A DNA stretch of 50,889 nt, taken from IMG/VR virus record IMGVR_UViG_3300020034_000026, positions 1 through 50,889 of that record, one strand, 5' to 3'. The first letter of the stretch is position 1. Every line of letters starts with the position of its first letter. Of this stretch, positions 19,231-27,263 are shown one piece after another. The DNA comes from a virus (Duplodnaviria; Caudoviricetes). A program made the position numbers and the translations under genes. Under the pieces are notes generated by a model, which ran no database searches, had not been told where the DNA came from, and saw only the letters and a program-made list of their open reading frames with translations.

Positions 19231-19749
19231 TCACCAGTAAGCGTTGTACGGGATGGGATCCCCAGGAGATATACCCAACTTGGCTTTCAAGTCTCTGATC
19301 TCTGCTTTCATTTGAGAGATCGCTAGTAGGTCATCCATGATCTGCATCTGCAGCTTGTGAATTTCCTCATGCGCTGCATCGACGTGCGAGGGGACACGCA
19401 TCAGAACATCGTAGGCAACCTGCAGGTCATGGCGAAGTTCAGAAGAAGCCCTCTCGCTGTGACGCCCACGATCGATCATCTGAAAGATCGCAGCAAGACT
19501 CTTCTCTTCCTCGCGAGTCCTGATGATGTTTTTCATGCACCATCGACAGCTTTCCTCATCCTCGCGATCAGACATGGACTGAGGTGCAGACTTCGTTTCC
19601 TCTGTTTCATTCTTGAGAACATCCATCACGAAGTTATGCAGCTGATTCTTGATCTCTTCGACAGTACCCTCGAGAATGATCGGCTTAATTTCCTTCCCCC
19701 CAAACGTGAAAGTTACACCTTCCTCATTCGGCTTTTCTGGATCACTCAT
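19231..19749 (-). CDS. Hypothetical coiled-coil protein
   Basis: Start MSDPEKP overlaps the upstream stop; CxxC plus heptad-rich C-terminus. Confidence 0.6.
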   Translation of the reverse strand: MSDPEKPNEEGVTFTFGGKEIKPIILEGTVEEIKNQLHNFVMDVLKNETEETKSAPQSMSDREDEESCRWCMKNIIRTREEEKSLAAIFQMIDRGRHSERASSELRHDLQVAYDVLMRVPSHVDAAHEEIHKLQMQIMDDLLAISQMKAEIRDLKAKLGISPGDPIPYNAYW

Positions 19750-20117
19750 AGCTTGACCATTCCTCTCACGATGAGATCGGTTGCGATGGCACGTGCACAC
19801 TCACACAAGATGCCCTCGGGAATCTTGCACGACGGCAGTTGATACTCGTTGATGCGTCGCAGCCCATTCTCGACAGCCTGCACTACGGCATCAGAGCACA
19901 GCGTGTGGCCATCCTCCCCGTGGTCAACATGGACATGGACCTGGGTATCCATGGTACCGAAGTCCACGCCTACATCCGTCAAGTCGAACCTGAGTTGCCG
20001 GGAAACCACAGGGGGGCCATCCGCGAGATCGGAAAGGGACTGTTCTGAGGGACTGCTCAGACGCTCTGAAAGAGAAAGATTGTCATACCCCGGGAAAGGG
20101 GCGTAGCGGAAACTCAT
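19746..20117 (-). CDS. Hypothetical protein
   Basis: Fits operon packing; C-terminal Cys cluster. Confidence 0.5.
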   Translation of the reverse strand: MSFRYAPFPGYDNLSLSERLSSPSEQSLSDLADGPPVVSRQLRFDLTDVGVDFGTMDTQVHVHVDHGEDGHTLCSDAVVQAVENGLRRINEYQLPSCKIPEGILCECARAIATDLIVRGMVKL

Positions 20118-20151
20118 TTGGTTGGGCCTTTTGGTGAGAGTGAGGTGAGAG

Positions 20152-20301
20152 TTAGGGAGATGCTTCTAGAAGTCTTCTGATCAGTTCGGAGAGACTGATA
20201 TCTTGCCTCGATGCTTTTGCAAGATATTTGGCATGTTGTTCGACAGTTACCCTAGAACGAATCGTGCGCGTTTTGGCAGGTAAGCTATCAGACACCTCCA
20301 T
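20152..20301 (-). CDS. Ribbon-helix-helix DNA-binding protein (49 aa)
   Basis: Below the ORF-track cutoff; MEVSDSLPAKTRTIRSRVTVEQHAKYLAKASRQDISLSELIRRLLEASP shows the RHH strand (TIRSRVT) and SLSELIR helix. Confidence 0.7.
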   Translation of the reverse strand: MEVSDSLPAKTRTIRSRVTVEQHAKYLAKASRQDISLSELIRRLLEASP

Positions 20302-20330
20302 CTGCTTTTCTTTCTTAGTGATGGCCTGAG

Positions 20331-20359
20331 ACTGTAGCTACATCGTCGCGCTAGGTCAA
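20331..20359 (-). promoter_or_regulatory. Promoter of RHH gene with palindromic operator TGTAGCTACA (20333-20342)
   Basis: TTGACC-17-TACAGT on the minus strand; the palindrome overlaps the -10 box. Confidence 0.65.
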
Positions 20360-20647
20360 CTCGGAAACCACGGCTTCCGCTAGATCCCGCAGATCGCGTA
20401 GCTTGGCGCGCATTCGAGCGATGGTCACACGGCGCGCCCGCGCGTACTCAGGCGCCCCAGCTCGGCGGTTCCAGCGTGTCTTGCACAACCCCTCGCTAGG
20501 TCCCTTCACCATGGGAAGCGCAGGACACCATGTCGTGAGGCATCGAACTACCCATCCATAGCCCCGGGATGGATCGATTTCCTGCCAAACCACAGGGGCC
20601 ATCCCACAGAAGGGACAACTTTTTATCTTCTCCGATGTAGACTTCAT
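20351..20647 (-). CDS. Lar-like (restriction alleviation family) zinc-finger protein
   Basis: KSCPFCG...VRC...C...WNRRA motif. Confidence 0.65.
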   Translation of the reverse strand: MKSTSEKIKSCPFCGMAPVVWQEIDPSRGYGWVVRCLTTWCPALPMVKGPSEGLCKTRWNRRAGAPEYARARRVTIARMRAKLRDLRDLAEAVVSELT

Positions 20648-20844
20648 TCTTTCTTCCCTTCCCTCATGGAATCGAGATAGCGATAGCCATACCATTCGGA
20701 CCTATCTTTGGTAGCCTCATTGAATGCCTCTAGGCACCGGATCAAGTATTTGGCTAGGATGAAATCAGGGGTATCACTCTCCTTTTCTTTGCTGGTTCTG
20801 TTCAGTAGTCTACCCAATTCAATCTCAAAATCACTTACACTCAT
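20644..20844 (-). CDS. Small phage protein (SDTPDFILAKYL motif)
   Basis: ATGA-coupled on both sides. Confidence 0.6.
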   Translation of the reverse strand: MSVSDFEIELGRLLNRTSKEKESDTPDFILAKYLIRCLEAFNEATKDRSEWYGYRYLDSMREGKKE

Positions 20845-21233
20845 TCTGATGAATTCTCCTTCCACTCGTTATGTCTATCGTATTTTTGCCAGCCAGTTTG
20901 GCGCATCGCCTCGGCAAAAGCAGCGAACAAACGATCGTTAACCCTATCACTTACCTGTGCTTGCCATGAGCTAATTAGATCCTCCCGGTAGTACATCTTG
21001 TACACCGAGTTTGTGTACCACGTGATCTCAGCGTGGGCAAAGACCTGCATGATAGTGATCGACTCACCATCGTGATCTTCCTCTACCTCGATTTCTAAGT
21101 CGAGCGTCCCATCGGCCCATCGAGTCACACAGTAGGTGTGAGCTCTGTAGGAGAACTCCATGAGGTGAACGAGACCACTGTCCTCCTGTGCGGTTATCCC
21201 CACCTCCGATACTCGAATCTTGTGCTTTGGCAT
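20841..21233 (-). CDS. Hypothetical protein
   Basis: 130-aa ORF at the head of the leftward early operon. Confidence 0.55.
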   Translation of the reverse strand: MPKHKIRVSEVGITAQEDSGLVHLMEFSYRAHTYCVTRWADGTLDLEIEVEEDHDGESITIMQVFAHAEITWYTNSVYKMYYREDLISSWQAQVSDRVNDRLFAAFAEAMRQTGWQKYDRHNEWKENSSE

Positions 21234-21305
21234 ACTTCCGATTATCCGTTATCCCAGAGAAGAAAAGCAAGACTATCATCAGAAAAGTATCTCCAAAGAT
21301 TTTTC

Positions 21306-21334
21306 TTGCGTGTGGCTACATTGTAGCTACAATG
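21306..21334 (+). promoter_or_regulatory. Rightward early promoter with tandem operators TGTGGCTACA/TGTAGCTACA
   Basis: TTGCGT-16-TACAAT; 16-bp perfect palindrome CATTGTAGCTACAATG at 21319-21334. Confidence 0.6.
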
Positions 21335-21339
21335 CCCGT

Positions 21340-21471
21340 ATGCCCCAGCCCAAGTCAACTCCCGAGATTCCCAATGTTATTCACACGTTGGTCCAGAAGT
21401 ACATCGAGGATGCAAAGACCGCATCCCAGAGAATCGACATCCTCCTGAGAAATCTTTCAAAAAGAATTTGA
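21340..21471 (+). CDS. Small hypothetical protein (43 aa, likely leaderless)
   Basis: ATG 6 nt after TACAAT; MPQPKSTPEIPNVIHTLVQKYIEDAKTASQRIDILLRNLSKRI. Confidence 0.45.
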   Translation: MPQPKSTPEIPNVIHTLVQKYIEDAKTASQRIDILLRNLSKRI

Positions 21472-21496
21472 CTAATCTCCCCCCATGATGCACACT
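21468..21496 (+). promoter_or_regulatory. Repeated early promoter element, copy 1
   Basis: TTGACT-17-CACACT; 21/25 identical to 22845-22869. Confidence 0.55.
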
Positions 21497-21502
21497 GAGG
21501 AC

Positions 21503-22786
21503 ATGAACAAGATGACGAACCGGACCAGCAACGTTTCTTCTTTCAGCATCGCGGGCCAGGCCGCGGCTGGCGAGGGCGCCATGGCCGGCTGGCGTGGCCA
21601 GAGCAAGCTCTCCCACCAGAGCATCCTTGCGGGTCTGGAGAGCGCAAGTCTTCCGTCCAACTGGGCCCCGAAGGTGAAGAGTCCGATCGCTCAGGCTGGC
21701 CACGCGGTGCGCCTGCTCAACAACAAGAGCTATGTCGTGCGCCGCGACAAGACCGCTGATCTCTCCCCCGTCAAGGGTCTCGCCCGCACCTGCGATGCGC
21801 GATGGTCGATTGGCAAGGCGCTGCAGGGGAAGAACGTGGGCGACGCCATGGGCCCCCTGGTCTGCACGGTCGAGGTAAGTGGCACCACCCTCACCTACAA
21901 GGGGGACGACAAGCTCGGAGAGAGCATCCTGGCCACCTTCAACGGCCTCATGGACAACCAAGTTCATCAGGCAGGTGACGTCACCACCTGGATTTCAGAT
22001 CTTCTGTGGAACCATTGCGGTGCCACCGGCCTGGGCCTGGGCTACTACATCCCCCAGACGGGCAAGACGCTGGCGCAGAAGATCACCGACATGGTGGCGT
22101 CACTGGGCTGGGGAACCAACTGGATCAACCCCCTCCTTCCGATTGCCACAAGCGATCAGCTCAAGCTCGGCATCGCAAGGAGTCTGGCGGATGACGTCAA
22201 GAGCATCGGCGCCACCCTGAACACCTACATCGAAAAGAACGAGATGGACGCGGGCAAGGCAGGTCTCCTCCTCAACAAGACGACCACCATCCAGGATCGT
22301 CTCACGAGCTACCGCCTTTTCTGCGGCGAGGAAGCGATGGACTCCACCATCCGAATTCTCAACTCTCTGATCGAGACTCTCAACACCTACATCGACGACA
22401 CCAGCAAGAGGTTCGCTCTCCTCGACATCAAGAGCATCCGAGAGATCACCGCAGACAACGTTCGTACCCTGAACATCGATGAGAACACCTCCCTCAAGCT
22501 CAGCGCCAAGTCGTCAACCCCGGTGAAGGATCTCCTGGCCCGCATGGACTCTTGTACCTCCCTGGGCGCTCTCCGCCCGCTGGGTGAGTCGCTGCGCACC
22601 TACCCCGAGGGCCCAAGCAAGGAAGCCCTCCGCAAGGCCTACCGCGCGGCTCAGGAGCGCATCGTCAAGCTCCCCACGGCCACTGCCACCCCCATCGTCC
22701 GCACCCCTGCCAAGCCCACCCAGCCCGCCGAGCCCCAGGAGCCCAGCGACGCGGACACGCGGTTCTCCCTGATCGAGATGGACTAA
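21503..22786 (+). CDS. Large early hypothetical protein
   Basis: ~427 aa with strong C/G-ending codon bias; Pro-rich linker and terminal RFSLIEMD. Confidence 0.8.
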   Translation: MNKMTNRTSNVSSFSIAGQAAAGEGAMAGWRGQSKLSHQSILAGLESASLPSNWAPKVKSPIAQAGHAVRLLNNKSYVVRRDKTADLSPVKGLARTCDARWSIGKALQGKNVGDAMGPLVCTVEVSGTTLTYKGDDKLGESILATFNGLMDNQVHQAGDVTTWISDLLWNHCGATGLGLGYYIPQTGKTLAQKITDMVASLGWGTNWINPLLPIATSDQLKLGIARSLADDVKSIGATLNTYIEKNEMDAGKAGLLLNKTTTIQDRLTSYRLFCGEEAMDSTIRILNSLIETLNTYIDDTSKRFALLDIKSIREITADNVRTLNIDENTSLKLSAKSSTPVKDLLARMDSCTSLGALRPLGESLRTYPEGPSKEALRKAYRAAQERIVKLPTATATPIVRTPAKPTQPAEPQEPSDADTRFSLIEMD

Positions 22787-22800
22787 GATAAAACTTCCAT

Positions 22801-22850
22801 GGTTGGGCAAGGTTAAGAAAGAGCAAAATCTTTCTTAATCTTGCTTGACC
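22801..22850 (+). other. Long intergenic RNA hairpin (22-bp stem)
   Basis: GGTTGGGCAAGGTTAAGAAAGA-gcaaaa-TCTTTCTTAATCTTGCTTGACC; every non-Watson-Crick position is a G-U pair on the plus strand. Confidence 0.65.
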
Positions 22851-22869
22851 AATCTTTCCCAATGATGCA
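22845..22869 (+). promoter_or_regulatory. Repeated early promoter element, copy 2
   Basis: TTGACCAATCTTTCCCAATGATGCA versus TTGACTAATCTCCCCCCATGATGCA at 21468. Confidence 0.5.
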
Positions 22870-22882
22870 AGGATACTAAATC

Positions 22883-23158
22883 ATGAACACGCACCCAGAA
22901 CTTCGCATCGACGTCACCATGCAAGATATCCAAAAGGGTCAACCCAAAACGGCTTGCGATTGCCCAGTCGCTCTAGCCATCAAGAGGAACCCAAAGGTAG
23001 TCAACGCAATCGTAACCTACGATAAGATCACAGTATTCATACATGACCAAGCTTGGTATGATATGGAGGTACCGGAGATAGTTGGGCACTTCCTCAACAA
23101 GTTCGACAGATACGAGCTTGTGGAACCCTTCTCCTTCACGCTAGATCTAACCAAATGA
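22883..23158 (+). CDS. Hypothetical protein, CP(V/I)ALA paralog 1
   Basis: IDVTMQDIQKG...CPVALAIKR...FLNKFD...PFSF. Confidence 0.75.
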   Translation: MNTHPELRIDVTMQDIQKGQPKTACDCPVALAIKRNPKVVNAIVTYDKITVFIHDQAWYDMEVPEIVGHFLNKFDRYELVEPFSFTLDLTK

Positions 23159-23502
23159 ATCTAAAGACCATGACCATGACCGACGTCAAGAAATTATTTA
23201 TCATCGTCACCCAGGAGCATATCGACAAGGGTATCCCCAGGGATTCCTGCAAGTGTCCGATAGCCCTAGCCATCATGGATCATCCAGATGTAACCAAGGT
23301 ACTCATAAGCTATGCTTACATCGTCTTCAGGCTCACCGATGGGGCATACTATCGAGTAATGACTGATGATTTCATAAAAAACTTCCTGGATAGGTTCGAT
23401 TCGGGGGACGCTATCTACATCTCCTCCCCGTTCTCTTTCTTCCTGCCTCTGATAAAGGCCCCCTCCCATTCCATCCACTATAAGGACGAGGCATCCATAT
23501 GA
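23155..23502 (+). CDS. Hypothetical protein, CP(V/I)ALA paralog 2
   Basis: IIVTQEHIDKG...CPIALAI...FLDRFD...PFSF. Confidence 0.75.
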   Translation: MNLKTMTMTDVKKLFIIVTQEHIDKGIPRDSCKCPIALAIMDHPDVTKVLISYAYIVFRLTDGAYYRVMTDDFIKNFLDRFDSGDAIYISSPFSFFLPLIKAPSHSIHYKDEASI

Positions 23503-23816
23503 TAATCAACGTAACCGCCCTCCATATCATCACTGGAGTAGGCAGGAGTTCCGAGGAGTGCCCCGTCGCTCTAGCGGTGAAGGAAGCAACGAGAGCCTTC
23601 CGAGTTACAGTTACACTCAACGATATCAGTATCAGGCAAACCATCAATGATATCTATGAGTCCATAAGTACCCCAGATGTAGCTAGGCAGTTCATCGCAC
23701 GATTCGACCAGCAAGCCCTACACAACCCCGAACGTTACCCCGGGCACTTCAAGCCCTTCTTCTTCTTCATTTATCCCCATGAAAAATCAACTCGATACAG
23801 GACTTTGGAGTTCTGA
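23499..23816 (+). CDS. Hypothetical protein, CP(V/I)ALA paralog 3
   Basis: INVTALHIITG...CPVALAVKE...FIARFD...PFFF. Confidence 0.75.
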   Translation: MIINVTALHIITGVGRSSEECPVALAVKEATRAFRVTVTLNDISIRQTINDIYESISTPDVARQFIARFDQQALHNPERYPGHFKPFFFFIYPHEKSTRYRTLEF

Positions 23817-23859
23817 TCTCCGACAACATGAAAAATCAACTCAATGAAAATCAGGACTT
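23778..23859 (+). repeat. Imperfect direct repeat flanking a 30-bp copy of terL sequence
   Basis: CATGAAAAATCAACTC...CAGGACTT occurs twice; 23805-23834 is identical to 18188-18217. Confidence 0.85.
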
Positions 23860-24064
23860 GAAACCATTGACACCTGCACAGAGAACTCAGCGAGTCAAGG
23901 AGTGGGCCAAGATCTACAAGAAAGAAGCGATGCACCTAACGAGCAACAAAGTCCTTGAGAAGTTCCTTCTCATGATTTATGATGAGGCCTACCTTGAAGG
24001 TCTCTTTTCAGGAATGACTCGGGAAAAGAAGAGAGGAAAAGCCTGTGCCTTCGGACACGAGTAA
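23828..24064 (+). CDS. Hypothetical protein
   Basis: 78-aa ORF in the early operon. Confidence 0.55.
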   Translation: MKNQLNENQDLKPLTPAQRTQRVKEWAKIYKKEAMHLTSNKVLEKFLLMIYDEAYLEGLFSGMTREKKRGKACAFGHE

Positions 24065-24635
24065 AGAAGAAAAGAAGGACACAAGTCCACTGATTCTAGA
24101 TGACCCGTACATCGCAGAAGATGTCACCGACAATCCCGAGATACGCAAGAAAATAAATGATTGGTTTCAGAGTACATACGAAAAGGAATGGGCGCTAGAA
24201 CAACAGAGAAAGTACGTAGAATCCCTGGAAGAGAAGATAGCAGTACTCATCAGGGAGAATGAAGCGCAGGCAGAGAAGATCAGAAAGATGCGTAAGGAGG
24301 GTGGCCACTTCCGCAAGTACCATCTTCTCCTCAATCCTCTAGACCCAGAAGTCGTCTGCGGCCGCGCCTACACCATAGGTATGAAAGTCAAGCACAACAC
24401 TCGAGACTTCATGCTTAGTGATATCGTAAGGTGTAAAAACTGCACAAGGCACCGCCCCATGCACTCAACCACAGGGGCCACGCCAGTAGGAGCCGCAGCT
24501 GAGCCCCTCGACTCAGGGGATAGAATCTTCCCATGCTGCGGGTATGTCATGTCGCGTCATGAGTACAACCAGTTCAAGTATCAACCCCAGTGCCCCAGAT
24601 GTACCAAAGATCCAGACCGCAAGTTCTTTACTTAG
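24045..24635 (+). CDS. Hypothetical protein with coiled coil and Cys clusters
   Basis: CKNC, PCCG and CPRC motifs; GAGGA RBS. Confidence 0.6.
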   Translation: MPSDTSKEEKKDTSPLILDDPYIAEDVTDNPEIRKKINDWFQSTYEKEWALEQQRKYVESLEEKIAVLIRENEAQAEKIRKMRKEGGHFRKYHLLLNPLDPEVVCGRAYTIGMKVKHNTRDFMLSDIVRCKNCTRHRPMHSTTGATPVGAAAEPLDSGDRIFPCCGYVMSRHEYNQFKYQPQCPRCTKDPDRKFFT

Positions 24636-24663
24636 CAAAACGAAACGAAAGACAAAGGCCACA

Positions 24664-24915
24664 ATGAACATCTCTGATATCATAGCTGCAGCCATCACTG
24701 TTTTCCGTGACATGTCCATCATCACCATCGATGGACCCCCACAGGATGGCATAGGCACCTATACCCCCAACTTCGCAGATGACCCACTCCTGCGCACAGT
24801 CCTCATCACGTCGATCATCGACCATATCCACACCACGTTCGGAGTTCAGATTACATGCATCGAGCGCCCCCCGAATCAAATGCAGCTGCAGATCCAAGGA
24901 AATATCCAGGTATGA
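24664..24915 (+). CDS. Hypothetical protein
   Basis: Start MNISDII; ATGA-coupled to the next gene. Confidence 0.5.
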   Translation: MNISDIIAAAITVFRDMSIITIDGPPQDGIGTYTPNFADDPLLRTVLITSIIDHIHTTFGVQITCIERPPNQMQLQIQGNIQV

Positions 24916-25352
24916 AACCAACAGACCCAAACTCCGAGATTGAGCGCATCGTGAACGAAGCGATCGCTCGCTGGAACATCGGAAAAAGTGGCCTGAGTTT
25001 TCGAGAAAATATCCTCCTCGCCGTCGAAGCCGCCCGCGAGCTGGGCCGGGCTGAAAAACCTCTAGCCGTGACGGTAGGTCAATACAAGCTCTTGGAGGCA
25101 GTTGGGCCTGAACTGGACCGGATGCTCGCCGACTCCAAGACCGAGGGGGCGCGTGAGGAACGCGAGACGATCATGCGGACCGACAAGCCGTGGCCGCTCG
25201 TCTCGATCGTCGAGACACTTGCCAACTCGGTCCAACACTATCTGTTAGCGCACGACTGCGATCACCATGGATGGGAGTCCTTGAGGGAGGCGGGGGAGGC
25301 GTCCATCGCGGCGGATGAATGGACTGCCGCCAACCGCGCCTGCGGCGACTAA
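24912..25352 (+). CDS. Hypothetical protein
   Basis: Start MKPTDPN; C-terminal HDCDHHGWE. Confidence 0.6.
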   Translation: MKPTDPNSEIERIVNEAIARWNIGKSGLSFRENILLAVEAARELGRAEKPLAVTVGQYKLLEAVGPELDRMLADSKTEGAREERETIMRTDKPWPLVSIVETLANSVQHYLLAHDCDHHGWESLREAGEASIAADEWTAANRACGD

Positions 25353-25437
25353 TTTGATCCCCGCGCATCCAGAGGAAAAACAAATTAGCCCCCCGTAGAA
25401 GCCTCCAAAAACAAATTTCCCGCGCAAGAGCGAAAAG

Positions 25438-25472
25438 AAAAAAGGCGCCCTACCCAAAGGTAGGCGCCTTTT
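25438..25472. terminator. Bidirectional intrinsic terminator
   Basis: AAAAGGCGCC.TACC-caaa-GGTAGGCGCCTTTT between convergent operons. Confidence 0.8.
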
Positions 25473-25507
25473 CTCATTTCAACTGTAAGGCCTTTTCTAA
25501 TTTCTTT

Positions 25508-25966
25508 TTACTTTTCTTCCCTATGTTTCGTGCTGCTAGCCATACCTGTCTCTTCTGAGTCCGCACCAGAGCGATCAAGCGCAGGCATTTTATCCGTATC
25601 CCCCTCCCTATCCACCTCTATAACCTCACCTTTTCTTTTCTCTTTCTTCTCTTGGGGCACTTCCCGAACAACAATGCTTCGAAATCCATCTGAAACACTG
25701 CCGCTTTTCTTCAAGATTCCTATCACTCCAGACAACTCCAGTTGCAGCCGCATGACGTCAACGCACAACCTTTCGCATGTACCCTGCAACTCCATGATGC
25801 GATTTTCAGCTGCATTCAGCCGATCTCGTTCCGATTCATCCCCCACCCCACCACCCGCACCGGCGTCTGCACCCGCGCCCGAGCCAGCGCCTACGGGTGG
25901 TGTCACACGTAGGGGCCGCGTAGGCCCACTCCCCCCACGCCTACTACCTCGCCCACTTTCAGACAT
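25508..25966 (-). CDS. Hypothetical protein (Gly-rich N-terminus, coiled coil)
   Basis: Start MSESGRG overlaps the upstream gene end. Confidence 0.5.
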   Translation of the reverse strand: MSESGRGSRRGGSGPTRPLRVTPPVGAGSGAGADAGAGGGVGDESERDRLNAAENRIMELQGTCERLCVDVMRLQLELSGVIGILKKSGSVSDGFRSIVVREVPQEKKEKRKGEVIEVDREGDTDKMPALDRSGADSEETGMASSTKHREEK

Positions 25967-26153
25967 CGGTCTGCCTCCACTTGGCATAGGCATGGGGCCA
26001 CAGGCGACACTCACGCGTCTGGCAGTGCTTGGCATCCGGTATAGACCCCCCTACACACTCCACACAGAACAGCCGAATTGCGGTACTCTTTCGCTTGAGG
26101 GCAAGCTCTGCAAGTCGTGGATTTTTCTTATCCATTTCCTCGCGTAGAGTCAT
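25959..26153 (-). CDS. Small Cys-rich zinc-binding protein
   Basis: AIRLFCVECVGG...C....C.LWP motif. Confidence 0.65.
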   Translation of the reverse strand: MTLREEMDKKNPRLAELALKRKSTAIRLFCVECVGGSIPDAKHCQTRECRLWPHAYAKWRQTDV

Positions 26154-26317
26154 GGCTGAGATGCCTCCCTAGGTGTCCATCCTAGGTCCAAACGAGCACT
26201 GAATCTACTGCGGGGCACCCCATTGGCTTTGCACTCCGCACGGTAGCGGTCCCATAGCCCTTTACGCTGTCGCAGGATCAAGTCCTGCCATGCCCACCAA
26301 ATCGTCGCGCTCGTCAT
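26150..26317 (-). CDS. Small putative DNA-binding protein (55 aa)
   Basis: Below the ORF-track cutoff; AGGAGG RBS; KANGVPRSRFSARLDLGWTPREA motif; ATGA-coupled. Confidence 0.6.
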   Translation of the reverse strand: MTSATIWWAWQDLILRQRKGLWDRYRAECKANGVPRSRFSARLDLGWTPREASQP

Positions 26318-26445
26318 GACCCCTCCTGCGTTTGTTAAAAGTAACTCTGTTCTGCACCGGAAACCTGATTCACTGCCGATTTCAGCGTACCCCGCCAGGT
26401 GGCAGCCCGCAAATTGAAAGTACCCCTCTGGTGCACGTGCGAGCG

Positions 26446-26865
26446 TTATTTTCTCTTCCTACGAGTTTCGCGGGCGATGTCTCGGGCGAGCTTTTCCAGA
26501 ATTGCATTCACGCGCGGCACCTCGGCAGCGGTGTAGCGCCACCCCGCCTCACGGCCACGCGCACCCAGGCGCCCAGCCCGTAGCGCAGAGCGGGCCCTGT
26601 GTGGGGGTACATCCGCATCTGCACACAGGTGCAAGAGGCTGGTGTGGTCCGGCCACAGCCCAGCGTTGACCACAGGGGCCAGGTCTTCCTGCACCTCAGG
26701 GTCAACGTCGCTTTCGTCTTCTGCATTTTCCTCATCCGAGGAATCGATATCTTCTGTGTCAACATCATCGGCATCCCAGCCTGCCTCAGTTTCCAGCAGG
26801 GCACCAACATTGGCAGTCTTCTTTGCAGCAGGCTTCACGTAAGTTTTCTTGGCCATAAAATTCAT
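26446..26865 (-). CDS. Hypothetical protein: acidic tract plus C-terminal HTH-like domain
   Basis: LLHLCADADVPPHRARSALR...WRY and a basic tail. Confidence 0.6.
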   Translation of the reverse strand: MNFMAKKTYVKPAAKKTANVGALLETEAGWDADDVDTEDIDSSDEENAEDESDVDPEVQEDLAPVVNAGLWPDHTSLLHLCADADVPPHRARSALRAGRLGARGREAGWRYTAAEVPRVNAILEKLARDIARETRRKRK

Positions 26866-27263
26866 CCTTCCCTTTCTTGAATCAAATCATCGGAGACCAC
26901 AGGGGCCACGGAGGTCACGGGTGAAATATACTCGTTCCTCAAGTTTGCGTAACGTCGCAAAGCTTGCTTGTAAGTCAAGTCTGCTTCTCCTGGACCTGTA
27001 AGACCTACAAGAATCGACGATGCCCCAAACTGAAGAATCGACTCAACTACGACACAGCAAGAAAAGCTATCGCAGACCACAGGGGCCAAGGTCACCTCAC
27101 GAGTGTTCACACGACACCAGGCCACGACAGGCATCGTAATCAGGTCTGGCAAACCTCCGGGTCCATCTGTCCCGGTAGCCGCACTTTTCATGAAGTAGGC
27201 TTTCCATCCTACCGCGGGTAGAAAACCCCCATACCTACCTCTCGAGTTCTTTTCATTCATCAT
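26862..27263 (-). CDS. Hypothetical protein
   Basis: Coupled ORF; contains two copies of the ACCACAGGGG motif. Confidence 0.55.
   Translation of the reverse strand: MMNEKNSRGRYGGFLPAVGWKAYFMKSAATGTDGPGGLPDLITMPVVAWCRVNTREVTLAPVVCDSFSCCVVVESILQFGASSILVGLTGPGEADLTYKQALRRYANLRNEYISPVTSVAPVVSDDLIQEREG

Noticed and set aside
23778-23859. Mini CRISPR array
   Set aside because: Only two imperfect, non-palindromic repeats and no cas operon. The Cas4-like gene sits in a standard nuclease-Sak4-SSB module. Reported as a captured fragment instead.
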